Source: Thermodesulfobacteriota bacterium (GTDB lineage Bacteria; Desulfobacterota; Desulfarculia; JACQYL01). Taken from it: a DNA stretch of 64,000 nt. Below, one piece after another: positions 20,859 to 31,799 of this stretch. Position 1 is the stretch's first letter, and each line of letters starts with the position of its first letter. The notes under the pieces were generated by a model, which made no database searches, had not been told where the DNA came from, and saw only the letters and a list, made by a program, of their open reading frames with translations. A program made the translations under genes and the position numbers. The stretch is taken from assembly GCA_963675595.2 (NCBI GenBank), contig CAXXLZ010000002.1, positions 2,272,001 through 2,336,000 of the forward strand, in the 5' to 3' direction.

Positions 20859-20887
20859 GCGGAGGGAACACGCCGCGTTCCCTCCGC
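20859..20887. terminator. Hairpin between convergent helicase and flavoprotein genes
   Basis: GCGGAGGGAAC-N7-GTTCCCTCCGC, perfect 11-bp stem, no clear U-tract. Confidence 0.55.
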
Positions 20888-20903
20888 ACCGGTTGTTTCG
20901 CCC

Positions 20904-21461
20904 TTAGCCCAGCCACCGCTTGGCCAAGCTCTCCGCTTCCGCCAAGATTTCGGGTTTCGAGCTCACCAAACCCGCTTCCTGAAGCCCCGAGGCCACGATC
21001 AGCTCGCTTTCCCCGAAGCCGTAAAAATTCAGCCAAAATCCATACCTGTCGAATACGTCTCGATACTTCCCCGGATCCGGTTGTCCTTGGGAAAGGATCA
21101 TGAGCGCCTTCTTTCCGGGTTCGAGCCTGGTGGTGAATTGAGGAGTGACAAAGGAATAGGTCCGGTCGAAAAACGACTTGAATTGACCGCTGACTTCACT
21201 GAAATAAACCGGAGAGGCGAGAACCGCGATATCGCAATTGCGGAGGTCTTCCAGGGCCTGGAGAAGATCATCCTCCACCACACAGGTTTCGCTCTTGGTC
21301 TTGCATCCGCCGCAGGCGATACATCCGCTGTAATTCATATCGGAAAGGCGGTGGATGGTTACTTCGGCGCCCATGGTCGCCGCCTGATCGAGGAATTTCT
21401 CCGCTACCGCGGCGCTGTTGGACTTCGGCCTGGGACTGCCCAGGATTCCGACACACTTCAT
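20904..21461 (-). CDS. Iron-sulfur flavoprotein (Isf / NADPH-dependent FMN reductase fold)
   Basis: ILGSPRPKSNS, CIACGGC-x6-C, ASPVYF, KSFFDR. ATG 21461 behind GGAGG. Confidence 0.88.
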   Translation of the reverse strand: MKCVGILGSPRPKSNSAAVAEKFLDQAATMGAEVTIHRLSDMNYSGCIACGGCKTKSETCVVEDDLLQALEDLRNCDIAVLASPVYFSEVSGQFKSFFDRTYSFVTPQFTTRLEPGKKALMILSQGQPDPGKYRDVFDRYGFWLNFYGFGESELIVASGLQEAGLVSSKPEILAEAESLAKRWLG

Positions 21462-21535
21462 AACCTTACCTCCCTGCGCTGTATCGTTGTGGAAGCCGAC
21501 GCCGCACGTCCAAATCCGCGCGGGTCCGCCTTCCG

Positions 21536-22210
21536 TCAAGGAATGAAATGAGATAAAGACAAGGGGATCAGTCCATACATCAGGTGCGCCCAAAATGCGA
21601 TCTTCAGGTATTCCCAGAGGGACAGGGACGAGTCTTCGCCACATACCAGGGCGGCTCCCCCTCCCCCTCCGACCACCACGTTGATGGGTGTGATGAGCAA
21701 CACGAAGACCATGGTCTTCTCTGAAGTCAACACCGGAAGCGGGAGCCTGTTGAGCACCCGATTGATCTTTCGCCCCATCCGGTCCTTTTTCAAATAGTTT
21801 TCCACGATATAGAAAATACTGACGTTTTCCCCCTCGGGCCACCAGGACTTTCGGTTGAGCTTCTTTTCCAACATTCGTCGAAAAAGTTTCATAATAATAG
21901 GATAACGCCTACCGATCAGGAAATTCAAACCCATGGACATCATACTGCCTGCCATGAAGTAGGACAGCCCTTTCACCCCCGCGAACATCACGATGAAAAG
22001 GCCGAGCCCACCGGGAATGTACGGTATGCAGAGCATGATGGCGTACACCAGAGTGACGTACAGTACCACGCTCTCGCTTTGGCGCATGGTTTCCTTGAGT
22101 TGTCCGAGTTTCTCTCCAATATTCCAGGGAGTGGCCCCAAGCATCCAACAGAGCAACAGAAAAAGACAGGAGAAAAACAAGGCCAAGCAAATCAGGTTTC
22201 GGTATTTCAT
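21536..22210 (-). CDS. Hypothetical polytopic membrane protein, possibly DedA/VTT-like
   Basis: Several hydrophobic segments; LCIPYIPG, FLIGRRY, TPINVVVGGGGG. The family assignment is inference. Confidence 0.6.
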   Translation of the reverse strand: MKYRNLICLALFFSCLFLLLCWMLGATPWNIGEKLGQLKETMRQSESVVLYVTLVYAIMLCIPYIPGGLGLFIVMFAGVKGLSYFMAGSMMSMGLNFLIGRRYPIIMKLFRRMLEKKLNRKSWWPEGENVSIFYIVENYLKKDRMGRKINRVLNRLPLPVLTSEKTMVFVLLITPINVVVGGGGGAALVCGEDSSLSLWEYLKIAFWAHLMYGLIPLSLSHFIP

Positions 22211-22301
22211 CGAAGTCCGGCTACTTACAAGATCATAGGCAGGTTGGCGTCCACCGTTGCTTCCGGCGGAATTCCCATGAACCGCATACCACTCGGACGG
22301 A

Positions 22302-25019
22302 TCACCCTGAAGGAACCCGCTTTCGTAAACCAAAAGGCATATTGAGCAGCGCGGGCAGATAGAACACCGCCGAGGCCATCACGCACAGGCTGCCCACCGC
22401 GGCGAGCAAGCCCAGACTGTGGATACCCCGGTGTGAGGAAATCATCAATGTCCCGAACCCGACCGTAGTCGTCAAAGCCGCCAGCACCACTCCCTTCAGG
22501 GAGCCCTTCGTCGGTCCTCTCCCACCGGAATCCCGGACGGCAAGCACGACAATAATACCGTATTCGACTCCGGCACCCACGATCAAGGGAAGGAACATGC
22601 TGTTGGCCAAATTGAAGTCCAGCCGCAGCAGACGCATAAGTCCCAACGTCCACCCGGTTCCCACCACCAAAGGGACCAACGCGAAAAGACTTTTCACAAT
22701 GTCCCGTAGAGAGAATATGAGCAAGAGAAAAATCGCGCCCACCGAATAGAACGCCGCCTTGATGCACGCTCGTCTGAACTCACGAGTGAATACAAATAAT
22801 GTAACGGCGTCTCCCGCCGCGTCGGGAGCCACCTGCCGAACGGCCGTGACGAACTTGTCGAGACGCTCGGGATTCCAAACATTGCCCTCGGGATAGATCC
22901 GGATACGGTAAAGGGGGCCGGACCCTACATAACGTTTCAGCACCTCGTCGGGCAAGTCGTCGATTCGCATGAAATCGGCCGTTGAAGCCCTTCGAATCAG
23001 GTCCAATGACTCCGAAAGTCCTCGAAACAGCTCCTGCTGAAAATACGCGAGGCGCGCCCCCATGATCCGGGGTTCACCTCCATCGAGCACATCCAGAATA
23101 CGCGTAATTCGGTCTTTCACCTCTTCCATCCGCGTTGCTTCGAGGGGACTGAGATCCCAATCCGAATCAGGAGCCGTTTTTAAACGAATTTTGGACAAGA
23201 CCTCCTCCAGTCCCTGCCGGTCCGGAACTTCCCGGGGAATCGGAAAAGGAGCGAGTGCCCGCCGCCCTTCAAGCTTTCTCAGCCGCTCCAATTTGTCTTT
23301 CTGTTGCTCTGGGAGATAGGAAAGAACGCTTTCCACCGAAGCGACCTCGGGGAGTGATTCAAGTTCCGCAGTCTTTAGACGAACTTCGTCCAAAGAAGGC
23401 ACCAGCACCGACGCCGTAAGAGCCGAATGCTCGGCGTCGGCGGTCAGTCGATGCTCCCAGATCACGGATTCGGCGCCTTTCGGCTGTAAATTCAGCATAT
23501 TAAGGTCGAACTTCACTCCGTGAGCCGTGGCGATGGACATGATGAACGCCACCGTTCCCACGACGAGCACGATTCGAGCCTTGCCCGGGCCGAGTTCGAA
23601 ATAACCCACACCGCCTTGTTTTCTCCGTGGAAGCGGGGGCAAATAATGCTCGGCTATGTGCGTGAGTGCGGGCAGGACGCAAATGGTGGTCAACGTGGTC
23701 AGGATCATTCCCAGTCCGGTGATGAGGCCGAGCTCCATCAGACCGCGAAATCCCGTAAGCACAAGAGGAAGAAACGAAAAAGCGGCGCACAGACCGGAAA
23801 GCACGATCCCGGGCCCCAGCTCCACATGAGTGCGTGTAATTGCCCGCTCCGCGGATGGATCCGCCCGATACTTCTCCTCGAAACGCGCGAACCAATGAAT
23901 CCCATAGTCGATTCCCAGACCGAGCAACAAGGGAGCGAACACGACGGAAAGAATGTTCAGGTGGCCCACCACCAGTGTGGCCAGACCGAAAGTCCAACTC
24001 AAGGCTACCAGCAGCTCCGCGATTTCGAGAATAGGCCTGCGGACGTTCCTCCAGAAAAATAGGAGAAGCGCCGATAAGCCCGCCACGGACAGCAGCGTCG
24101 CCGTCTTCATGTCCGACAAAGAAACGGACATTTGATCGGCGTTGAGCGCCTCTTGTCCGGTGACCCCGGCGTCCAGTCCGGGAAACCCGGTCTTAAGCCG
24201 CTGAATTACGTTTCTCAGGTGTTCCAAGGATTCGGCGGTGCGCCGGAAGTCTTTCCCCGCCTTGGCCGGCGTAACGAAAAGGAACAGCCGTGCCCCGTCT
24301 TCGGACCAGAAATATCCGGGCTCCTTTTCCGAATCCCAATGGACTCCTGAAAATTTTTCCCAGGAAACTCGGACGTCCGTCTCGCCGTCCAAAGAGCTCT
24401 CCAAATCACTTAGCACCTCGATCAGAAAGGTCGAATCAGGGCCTCGGCCGGCGCGCGATACGGAAGTCGAGTCCTCCAGAAATCCAGTGAACAACTCATC
24501 CACCATCTTCGAGGTAATCTTGTCGTTGAGTCCAAGAAAGAAGGTGTTCAGCGTCGGATTGGAACGAAGGATCTCCAGAAATCCTTCATTTTCCGTCACC
24601 TGCTCCGAGATCCTCTCCACATCCGCAATATCTGCATACAAAAGCGCATGGGAACGAAAACGTTCGGGATCTATGCGATAGAGCAGCCCCGGGTATCGGT
24701 CGCGTTGGTCGGCGAGTTCGTTCACCAGAGCACGGAGGAAGGACAGGGATTGTTTCGCCCCTCTCCCCTGAACGACCACGAGAAAGGAGTCCTGTTCGTC
24801 AAAGGGTTTCAGGGAATCCGTGAGTCGGATCAGAGGATGTTCCGGGGAAATCAGGTCATGCTGGCTCGTGAGAAAGTCCAGATTCCGCGCGGTGTAGACC
24901 CAGGACAGCGCCGCCAGGCAAAAAGCCAGTCCCACCGTAAGCCACGGACGCCACAGGGTAATCCTGAGCACGCCCAAAAGCAGCCTTTGCAGGACGGTAT
25001 AGGGGGGTTGCGTCTTCAT
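22302..25019 (-). CDS. MMPL/RND-family transporter, HpnN (hopanoid-associated)-like
   Basis: 905 aa, two TM blocks with LLGLGIDYGIH and IVGAGVEYGI, GHLNILS, LTTTVGFGTLMISSHRGIHSLG. Confidence 0.85.
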   Translation of the reverse strand: MKTQPPYTVLQRLLLGVLRITLWRPWLTVGLAFCLAALSWVYTARNLDFLTSQHDLISPEHPLIRLTDSLKPFDEQDSFLVVVQGRGAKQSLSFLRALVNELADQRDRYPGLLYRIDPERFRSHALLYADIADVERISEQVTENEGFLEILRSNPTLNTFFLGLNDKITSKMVDELFTGFLEDSTSVSRAGRGPDSTFLIEVLSDLESSLDGETDVRVSWEKFSGVHWDSEKEPGYFWSEDGARLFLFVTPAKAGKDFRRTAESLEHLRNVIQRLKTGFPGLDAGVTGQEALNADQMSVSLSDMKTATLLSVAGLSALLLFFWRNVRRPILEIAELLVALSWTFGLATLVVGHLNILSVVFAPLLLGLGIDYGIHWFARFEEKYRADPSAERAITRTHVELGPGIVLSGLCAAFSFLPLVLTGFRGLMELGLITGLGMILTTLTTICVLPALTHIAEHYLPPLPRRKQGGVGYFELGPGKARIVLVVGTVAFIMSIATAHGVKFDLNMLNLQPKGAESVIWEHRLTADAEHSALTASVLVPSLDEVRLKTAELESLPEVASVESVLSYLPEQQKDKLERLRKLEGRRALAPFPIPREVPDRQGLEEVLSKIRLKTAPDSDWDLSPLEATRMEEVKDRITRILDVLDGGEPRIMGARLAYFQQELFRGLSESLDLIRRASTADFMRIDDLPDEVLKRYVGSGPLYRIRIYPEGNVWNPERLDKFVTAVRQVAPDAAGDAVTLFVFTREFRRACIKAAFYSVGAIFLLLIFSLRDIVKSLFALVPLVVGTGWTLGLMRLLRLDFNLANSMFLPLIVGAGVEYGIIVVLAVRDSGGRGPTKGSLKGVVLAALTTTVGFGTLMISSHRGIHSLGLLAAVGSLCVMASAVFYLPALLNMPFGLRKRVPSG

Positions 25020-25127
25020 GGGTAGGTCGAATCACAGAATAATATGGAATCCCTAAGCCGGCGGAACGAGCCTTCATTCGCGACGAGAAATTCCGTCTTT
25101 ATCCGCCGGATTGTCGCCGGATAACGA

Positions 25128-26147
25128 TCATCCTGAACCCGGCACGCTCTCTTTCTCTTCCTTCGGGTGTCTCCCGTAACCTTCATCCATCCGATGTATG
25201 GCCGCATAGCATGCCAAACCCAGCCCTCCCCAGAAGAAATCGATGAGTCTCAGGACCATGGAGAAGGCCAATCCAAGTGCGGCAGGGTATCCCAGAACGA
25301 CGAGAGCGATCACTCGGGATCCTTCCTGCACTCCCAACCGCAGGGGAACGGCGAAGCCCGCCAGATCGAACCAGCTGCCGAGGAACCAGATGCCGGCGGC
25401 CGCGATCCAATCCCCTCCTCCGGCGGCCAAGTCCAGAAAAATCTTCACTTGACAGATATAGCAGGCGAATCCTCCGAGATACCAAAGCATGGCTCGGACC
25501 ATGCCCCAAGGGCGTTCCTTGTGGAAAGCCGCCAGCTCACGGTCTACGGAGGCGACCCCGGCCATGAGGTCCGAAAAACGTTTTCCCCCCAGTTTCTTCA
25601 AGGCCGGTCTTCGGGCGAGGGTCCCCAACAGCCCTTTTCGCTGCAAGATCAGGAAGGCCGCAAGTCCCAAAGCCAGGAGCCCACCGCCCAGTAGCATGCC
25701 TTCTCCGAGCCCCGGCACCGTATTTTCGCCGTGGAACACGAGTATGGACCCCACGGCGGTCAGTCCGAGTTGCGCCGCCACGAAGGAGACTTTGGACAGA
25801 ATGACCCCGCAGGCCGCTTGAGGAGCATCTCCAAATCCTGCCAGAAGCGCCCCTTTGGTTACTTCGCCCCCCACGTTGGCCGTGGGAGTGAGATTATTCA
25901 CCGCGTATCCGGCCAGTTTGACGGCAAACAGCTTCCGAAAAGGAACGGACCTGTGCCGAGCCGACATACAGGAACGCCAACCCAGGGTATGGAATACCTC
26001 CGCAACCCCTTCCAGGGCCAACACAGGGACCAAGCCCCATCCGAATCCGCACAATTCTTTCCATACGGCCGAAGGCCCGATCCTCCAGATAAGTACGACG
26101 AGAAGAACCGCACCTAACGTGATGCTGATTCGGTGAAAGCGTTTCAT
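25128..26147 (-). CDS. Lysylphosphatidylglycerol-synthase TM-domain (flippase-like, HpnL-like) protein
   Basis: AVNNLTPTANVGGEVTKG, VPLRLGVQEG, multiple TM helices. ATG 26147 behind AGGAGG. Confidence 0.8.
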   Translation of the reverse strand: MKRFHRISITLGAVLLVVLIWRIGPSAVWKELCGFGWGLVPVLALEGVAEVFHTLGWRSCMSARHRSVPFRKLFAVKLAGYAVNNLTPTANVGGEVTKGALLAGFGDAPQAACGVILSKVSFVAAQLGLTAVGSILVFHGENTVPGLGEGMLLGGGLLALGLAAFLILQRKGLLGTLARRPALKKLGGKRFSDLMAGVASVDRELAAFHKERPWGMVRAMLWYLGGFACYICQVKIFLDLAAGGGDWIAAAGIWFLGSWFDLAGFAVPLRLGVQEGSRVIALVVLGYPAALGLAFSMVLRLIDFFWGGLGLACYAAIHRMDEGYGRHPKEEKESVPGSG

Positions 26148-26643
26148 GGTCCTCCTTGCCGGCACCATGTCCTATGATTCGGAACTTGTTCGCTCAAACG
26201 CTTCCGACCCGCCCCGCGAGGTCTTTTCAGGATACCGCCGGCTATCCGTAGTCTCCGAGAAGAGCCCGGCTTGCGGGCTCCCAACCGTCGTTTCAAGACA
26301 TGTGAAAAGAGCGGATACGCATCTTCGGGGATCCCGGCCGGGATTACCTCGCGCCTTCAAAGGGGAATTCGCGCCGAACCGGTGGAGAAAATCTCGTTTC
26401 CGGAACACATATGGGAATCATGCGCGTTCCCGGAGCACTTCGGAGTATGAAAGAAGAGATTGCCTCTGCGCCGTTCGGGGTGCACGCCGGATGCCGGGCA
26501 ACTCCAATAGCACGATTGCGGTACCGATTCAACGAAGGAGCGAAACCGAAAAGAAACCGTAATAACTCGGCATCTACGTGTCCGCGAGGAGGCCGACCCT
26601 TATTTGGGATGCAGGCCGACTTTGAGGAGGACGCCGGAGGGAT

Positions 26644-27942
26644 TCAGCCCGCGTAGCCGTAGACGATGCGGGGCAACCATAGAACCGAATCGGGCCAGTA
26701 AGTGAGGACGAAAAGAATCAGCACTTGAATGATTACGAAGGGAAGCACGGAACGGGTCATGTAGATCAGGTCTCGGTTGCACAAGGCACCCGTAATGTAC
26801 AGGCTGACTCCCAGAGGGGGAGTACAGTAGCCGATCCCCAGGTTCACCGTCATGAGCAATCCGAAGTGCAGAGGGTCGATTCCGAACTTGTACAACATGG
26901 GCAGGAAAATCGGGCCCAGAATCAGAGTGGCCGAAATGATGTCCATGAACATGCCCACAATGAGCATGAGAATGTTGATGGTAAGCAGGAAAACCCAGGG
27001 TTGCGTGATATTCTGTGTCACCGCATCCGCGACCTGGCTCGGAATGCTTTCCAGGGTCAGATACAGGCCGAAACAGCTGGCGCCCGCCACGATGATGAGG
27101 AGCGTGGCGGAGGTCACCGCGGAAGAGACCACCACCTTTTTCACCTGGCTCAGCTTCATGTCCTTGTGAATGAAAATCTCTACGATAAAGGCGTAAACGC
27201 AGGCCACCACCGCCGCTTCGTTGGCGGTGAACATTCCCGAGAAAATTCCGCCGAAAATGATCACCGGCAGCATCAGGGACCAAAATCCTTCCTTGAATGC
27301 CGCCAATGCCTGGCCGAAGGTGGGAACCGGTTGTCTCTTGAATTTGGGATGCCGGACACAGAAGAAGAAGCTGTAAATGCAGAACCCGAAAATGATCATG
27401 AAACCGGGCACAAATCCTGTTAGGAAAAGCGTCTCAAGGGACACGGCACTGATCATGGAGTACAGAATCATGGAAATGCTGGGGGGAATGACCACTCCCA
27501 GAATGGGCGCCGTGGTCATGATGCCCAGAGAGAATTTCTCATCGTAATGGTTCTCGATCAACGCCGGGATCATGAATCCGCCGATGGCGACCACCGTGGC
27601 CACCGTGGATCCGGAAATGGCGCCGAACAGCCCACAGGCGATGACACCCGCCATGGCCAACCCACCGGGCAGGAATCCCACGGCCACATTGGCCACCTTG
27701 ATCAGCTTGTCCACAATGGACCCTGAGGTCATGATGTTCCCGCAAAGAACGAAAAAGAGCACCACAACCAGGGCGAATTTGTCCATACTCCGCAGAAGGG
27801 TCTGCGCCAGGATCATCAGGGGCAAGTCCGTAAAGGCGACAACCCCGAAAAAGGCCGTGAAAAACAGCGCCATAAATACGGGCATGGTTGAAGCCAACCC
27901 GCCGATCAGAACCAGGAGTACGATAATGGTCGTTGTTTCCAT
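26644..27942 (-). CDS. dctM: TRAP transporter large permease
   Basis: FGAISGSTVAT, IPPSI, GMFTANEAA, GIDPLHFG, TPPLG. Confidence 0.93.
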   Translation of the reverse strand: METTTIIVLLVLIGGLASTMPVFMALFFTAFFGVVAFTDLPLMILAQTLLRSMDKFALVVVLFFVLCGNIMTSGSIVDKLIKVANVAVGFLPGGLAMAGVIACGLFGAISGSTVATVVAIGGFMIPALIENHYDEKFSLGIMTTAPILGVVIPPSISMILYSMISAVSLETLFLTGFVPGFMIIFGFCIYSFFFCVRHPKFKRQPVPTFGQALAAFKEGFWSLMLPVIIFGGIFSGMFTANEAAVVACVYAFIVEIFIHKDMKLSQVKKVVVSSAVTSATLLIIVAGASCFGLYLTLESIPSQVADAVTQNITQPWVFLLTINILMLIVGMFMDIISATLILGPIFLPMLYKFGIDPLHFGLLMTVNLGIGYCTPPLGVSLYITGALCNRDLIYMTRSVLPFVIIQVLILFVLTYWPDSVLWLPRIVYGYAG

Positions 27943-27989
27943 AGCCGAGAACTCACCGCTTTTCTTCCGCTATCCGGAAGGATTGACGC

Positions 27990-28481
27990 CTATTGACTTT
28001 TTTCCTTAGTCGCGTCTTCGTAGATGACCTGAATTGTCCGAAGAAACATCATTAGTCCCATCAGCGGTAGAAACCCGATGATAAATACGAGGGGAATCTG
28101 AAGAATAATCGTCTTCTGGTTGGTGGCCACCTGGAGAGCGGCGAACTTCGTACCGAAGTACATCATGAAACAGCTGAACAACAACGTGCACAGGTGGCTG
28201 AAATACGTCAACGTAACCTTCAGGGACGGGGCAATTTGCACCAAGGCGTCGATTTTGATCATGGAGCGATTCTTGATCGCGGCGCTGCACCCGATCAAGG
28301 TGGTATAGATGATCACTTCCCGAACCAGCTCTTCGGACCAACCCAGGGTGTAACTGAATCCGTAGCGCGTGATCACGTTGATGAACAGGGAGATCAGCGC
28401 GACCATCACGGTAACGTACAGGGTCCATTCCTCGAAAAAGGTCATCACCTTATCGATCCGTTTGATGATCCTGCCGAACAT
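27990..28481 (-). CDS. dctQ: TRAP transporter small permease
   Basis: Four TM helices, NVITRY...WSEELVR; lies between dctP and dctM. Confidence 0.9.
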   Translation of the reverse strand: MFGRIIKRIDKVMTFFEEWTLYVTVMVALISLFINVITRYGFSYTLGWSEELVREVIIYTTLIGCSAAIKNRSMIKIDALVQIAPSLKVTLTYFSHLCTLLFSCFMMYFGTKFAALQVATNQKTIILQIPLVFIIGFLPLMGLMMFLRTIQVIYEDATKEKSQ

Positions 28482-28561
28482 GATTCCTCACCTCACCGGG
28501 CACACATGCAAAACGGGGGAAGCCCTTTCCGGAACCTCCCCCTCAAGAAAGGGCATTCCAG

Positions 28562-29610
28562 TTACTTGTATTCCATGAATTCTTCGACCTTTTTCAGATA
28601 GTCGGGACCGATTTCCTCGGCGTATTCCTTGTGCACCACATCGGCTTCATTCTTCAGTGTGGCCATGTCTTCATCGGACAGCTTGATGAACTCGACTCCC
28701 GACTCCTTGGCGTTCGCGATCTGGTCCGCCTCTTGAGCCCGGGTCTGCACACGGATATCGGCGCAAACTTCATTCACGACCTCTTTAAAGGTCTTCTGCA
28801 GGTCGGCGGGAAGCTTGTCGAACCACGCTTTGTTGAAAATCCAGATGAAAAGTCCCTGGGCGTAGTTGATCTGGGTGAAGAATTTGCACACCTCGAACTT
28901 CTTGGTGATGTTACAGACCATGGGAGTATGATCCAGCCCCGTAATGACTCCGCGCTGCAACGCCGTGGGCACGTCGGGCCACGGCATCACCACCGGGTTG
29001 AAGCCCCAGGCTTCGTACGTCAGCTTGTTGACGGCGGCTTCCGCGATACGGATTTTGACCTTCTTGGCGTCCGCAATATTCCTGACGGGCGTCGTGGTAG
29101 CCCAGCCGTAGTTCCCATAGCCCGTGATATCTAGGCCCATGATTCCCTGGTGCTCCATGCCGTCCAGGAAATGCCCAAAAAGCTCTTTGTTGCCGATGAA
29201 TTTGTCCAGCTTGTCGAAGGAATTAATGAGGAACGGCAGGTTGACGATCCCCATTCTGGGGCCCAGATTGGTGGAGGCCACGGAGGAAACACTCATGCCC
29301 TGAATGGCGCCCATTTGAAGTTGGTTGAGCACTTCCACTTCGCCGCCGAGCATGGAGAAAGGAAGGTACTCCAAATACATTTGGCCGTTGGTTCGTTTCC
29401 AGAGCTCGTCCCGAATGGCAAAACCGGCATACACGCCTTTAAGGGCCGGATGGGAAACGTTGGATACTTTGAATTTGTACTTGGCCGTAGAAGGATCGAA
29501 ATCCGGTTTCCACTTGTCCAGTGAGGGTTTGGCGGCCAAGACGGGACCTGTAAAGAGGGCGATACCGCCACGGCGACCAATACGAACGTCAACCGCTTAA
29601 GGACCAACAT
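28562..29610 (-). pseudogene. dctP: TRAP substrate-binding protein with a frameshift in the signal peptide
   Basis: Mature part (28562..29539) has LGGEVEVLNQLQMG, KIR, MPWPDVPTALQRGVITG. ATG 29610 with RBS (GAGGAG) begins MLVLKRLTFVLVAVA in another frame and shifts near 29565. May be a sequencing error. Confidence 0.75.
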
Positions 29611-30072
29611 AGGCTTTCTCCTCTGGTTCGACTAGTTGGATTCACCTTCTCTCCCGGAATTAAAAAGCGGTACCCCTTCAAGGATTCCCGGCAGACCCGC
29701 CTGCTCAAGGATTTCCCCTCCTCCCATGGGACCGCCTCCACGCTTACCTTGTCATCACCTCCCTCCGACTCCGGAACCTATTGCAATTGTTTTGTAACCG
29801 CGCAGTTCCTACCATGCCGGAGCCTTTGAATGCAATCCAAAAAGGCCTACGTACGGAAGCCGTGAGGGCCGACAACCCTGATCCGCCTCCCTGCAACCGG
29901 GGCCAAGACATGCCGTTCCGTTTCAGGTGTAAGCCGAAAACTTGGACTTTGGAGCAACATCCACCATGTGCCCCCCTTGGGTGATCGGCCGCTTTGCGCC
30001 CGAGAATAACGCATCTGTACGCCCGAAGACCGGTACGCTTACCGTCTCCAATATTTCATCCTGCCGCGCCAC

Positions 30073-31799
30073 CAGCAATTCCCGGTGAAAAAGATAGTCG
30101 GCGAAGCCGAGGGACATAAGGCTGATTCGAGAATATTTTTTCGTAAAGCGGCGATGCCGGTTCGAGTACAGCCTTCTTTCGGAAGGATCATAACCTATTG
30201 GAATTAGGTATGAAATTAAAGTAGATCTTTTGGTGTATATATGGTAGCCTTTATTAGATTGAATACTATATGTAGAGGTTACCAGGGTGCACATGAAGAA
30301 GCACCTCAGCTTCGTGTCTTTGAGAAAGGCGCTGTCCCGTCGGTTCGAGCAGGTCGGGGACCCGCGAGGGGGACGGACGGTTTATTCTTTGCACGATTGT
30401 CTGATGAGCGCCTTTGCCATGATGTACTTTCAGGACCCCTCGCTCCTGCAGTTCCAACGCAGACTGAAGGAGCGGACTCACCGCGACAACCTCAAGACCT
30501 TGTTCTCCGTGACGGAGATGGGACACGCAACTGCGGGACGTGATCGACGCGAGTGATCCGGGAGAGATCAAGGCCGTCTTCTCCGATTTCTTCCGACGCT
30601 TGCAGCGAGGCAAGCATCTGGAATCGTTTCAGGTTCTCGATGGCCGATACCTCATTGTGATCGACGGGTCGGAATATTTCTCCTCGGAAACCATCCATTG
30701 TCCCGGATGTTAGTTCAAAAATCCTCCAAAGGACGGATTCGCTACCACCATCAAATCGTGCAAGCGGCTCTGGTCCACCCGGATCGCCGTCAAGTCGTGC
30801 CTTTGGCTCCGGAATCGATCCAGAACAAGGATGGAGTCCAAAAACAGGATTGTGAGATCAACGCGGGGAAGCGGATATTGAAAGCCATCCGCCGGGACCA
30901 TCCCAAACTCAACATCATTATCGGCGGTGACGGACTGTATTCCAAACAGCCTTTCATCGCCGAGCTGAAGCGGGCGAGCATGTCCTTTGTGCTGGTCGCC
31001 AAACCCGCGGACCACAAAGTGCTCTTCGAGTGGATCGAAGAACTCCGGGGGATGCAAGAGATCGCGGGCCTGGAGATCACCGACGACAAGAAACGGGTGC
31101 ATAGCTACGAATGGGTCCATGGTGTGCCTCTCAACGGAAACGAAGATGCCCCCGACCTCCATTTTTTTGCCTACCGTCTGGAGAATGGAGGAAAGATCAC
31201 CTACCGGAACAGCTGGGTCACGGACATGCCGGTTGACGCGGAAAACGTGGCGGAACTGGTTAGGATCGGCAGAGCCCGATGGAAAATCGAAAACGAAGGA
31301 TTCAATACACTGAAGAACCAAGGGTATCATATCGAGCACAATTTCGGTCACGGCAAGAATCAACTCTCTTACGTCTTTTTCCTTCTGAACTTGGTGGCTT
31401 TTTTCTTCCATCAGATTTTCGAGTTGACGGACCCCTTGTACCAAAAATGTCGGGCGGGATTCAGTGCTCGAACCGAGTACTGGAATCAGCTGCGTTGCAC
31501 GATCCGGATTCTGGTATTCGAGTCGTGGGAAGACCTGTTGGCTTTGGTCCTGGACCCCGAAAGCGCCCGTCCCCCCTGAGGCGAAAAGGCCTCCTATAAC
31601 CCATCGGTCACAAACAAAGGTCCGAACTTTGATGGGACCGGTGCGCCTTCGGTCCAAAAAACTCCGGTCTTCCCTCTGCCTCACCACGCTTTTTCCCCTC
31701 TCATGCGCAAAATCGGACCCTCATTCCACCTATCCTCGCATCTCTACAAAGGCAAAATCTCCCTAAACACACCCAAATTCTCAACACCGAGAATCGCTG
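30073..31799 (+). mobile_element. Insertion sequence, 1727 bp, DDE type (IS4-superfamily/ISNCY-like)
   Basis: Left end CAGCAATTCCCGGTG and reverse-complemented right end CAGCGATTCTCGGTG match at 13/15; flanked by direct repeat CCGCGCCAC at 30064-30072 and 31800-31808. Confidence 0.9.
30293..31579 (+). pseudogene. DDE transposase with two frameshifts
   Basis: Segments MKKHLSF...; DTQLRDVID...IVIDGSEYFSSETIHCPGC; LVQK...QDCEINAGKR...GDGLYS...RARWKIENEGFNTLKNQGY. Frame changes near 30521 and 30710. Confidence 0.85.

Noticed and set aside
20904-21842. 312-aa version of the flavoprotein ORF (likewise the extended starts of bioA, bioF, hisS and uppS)
   Set aside because: The extensions overlap neighbouring genes, regulatory sites or the IS end; motifs and RBS support the downstream starts.
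29923-30294. 123-aa minus-strand ORF in the AT-rich patch
   Set aside because: It straddles the IS left end and its non-coding arm, so it cannot predate the insertion, and its composition is not protein-like.
30510-30715. Programmed frameshifting in the transposase
   Set aside because: Neither shift site has a slippery heptamer or A-run, and the first looks like a small deletion in a conserved stretch; decay is more likely.
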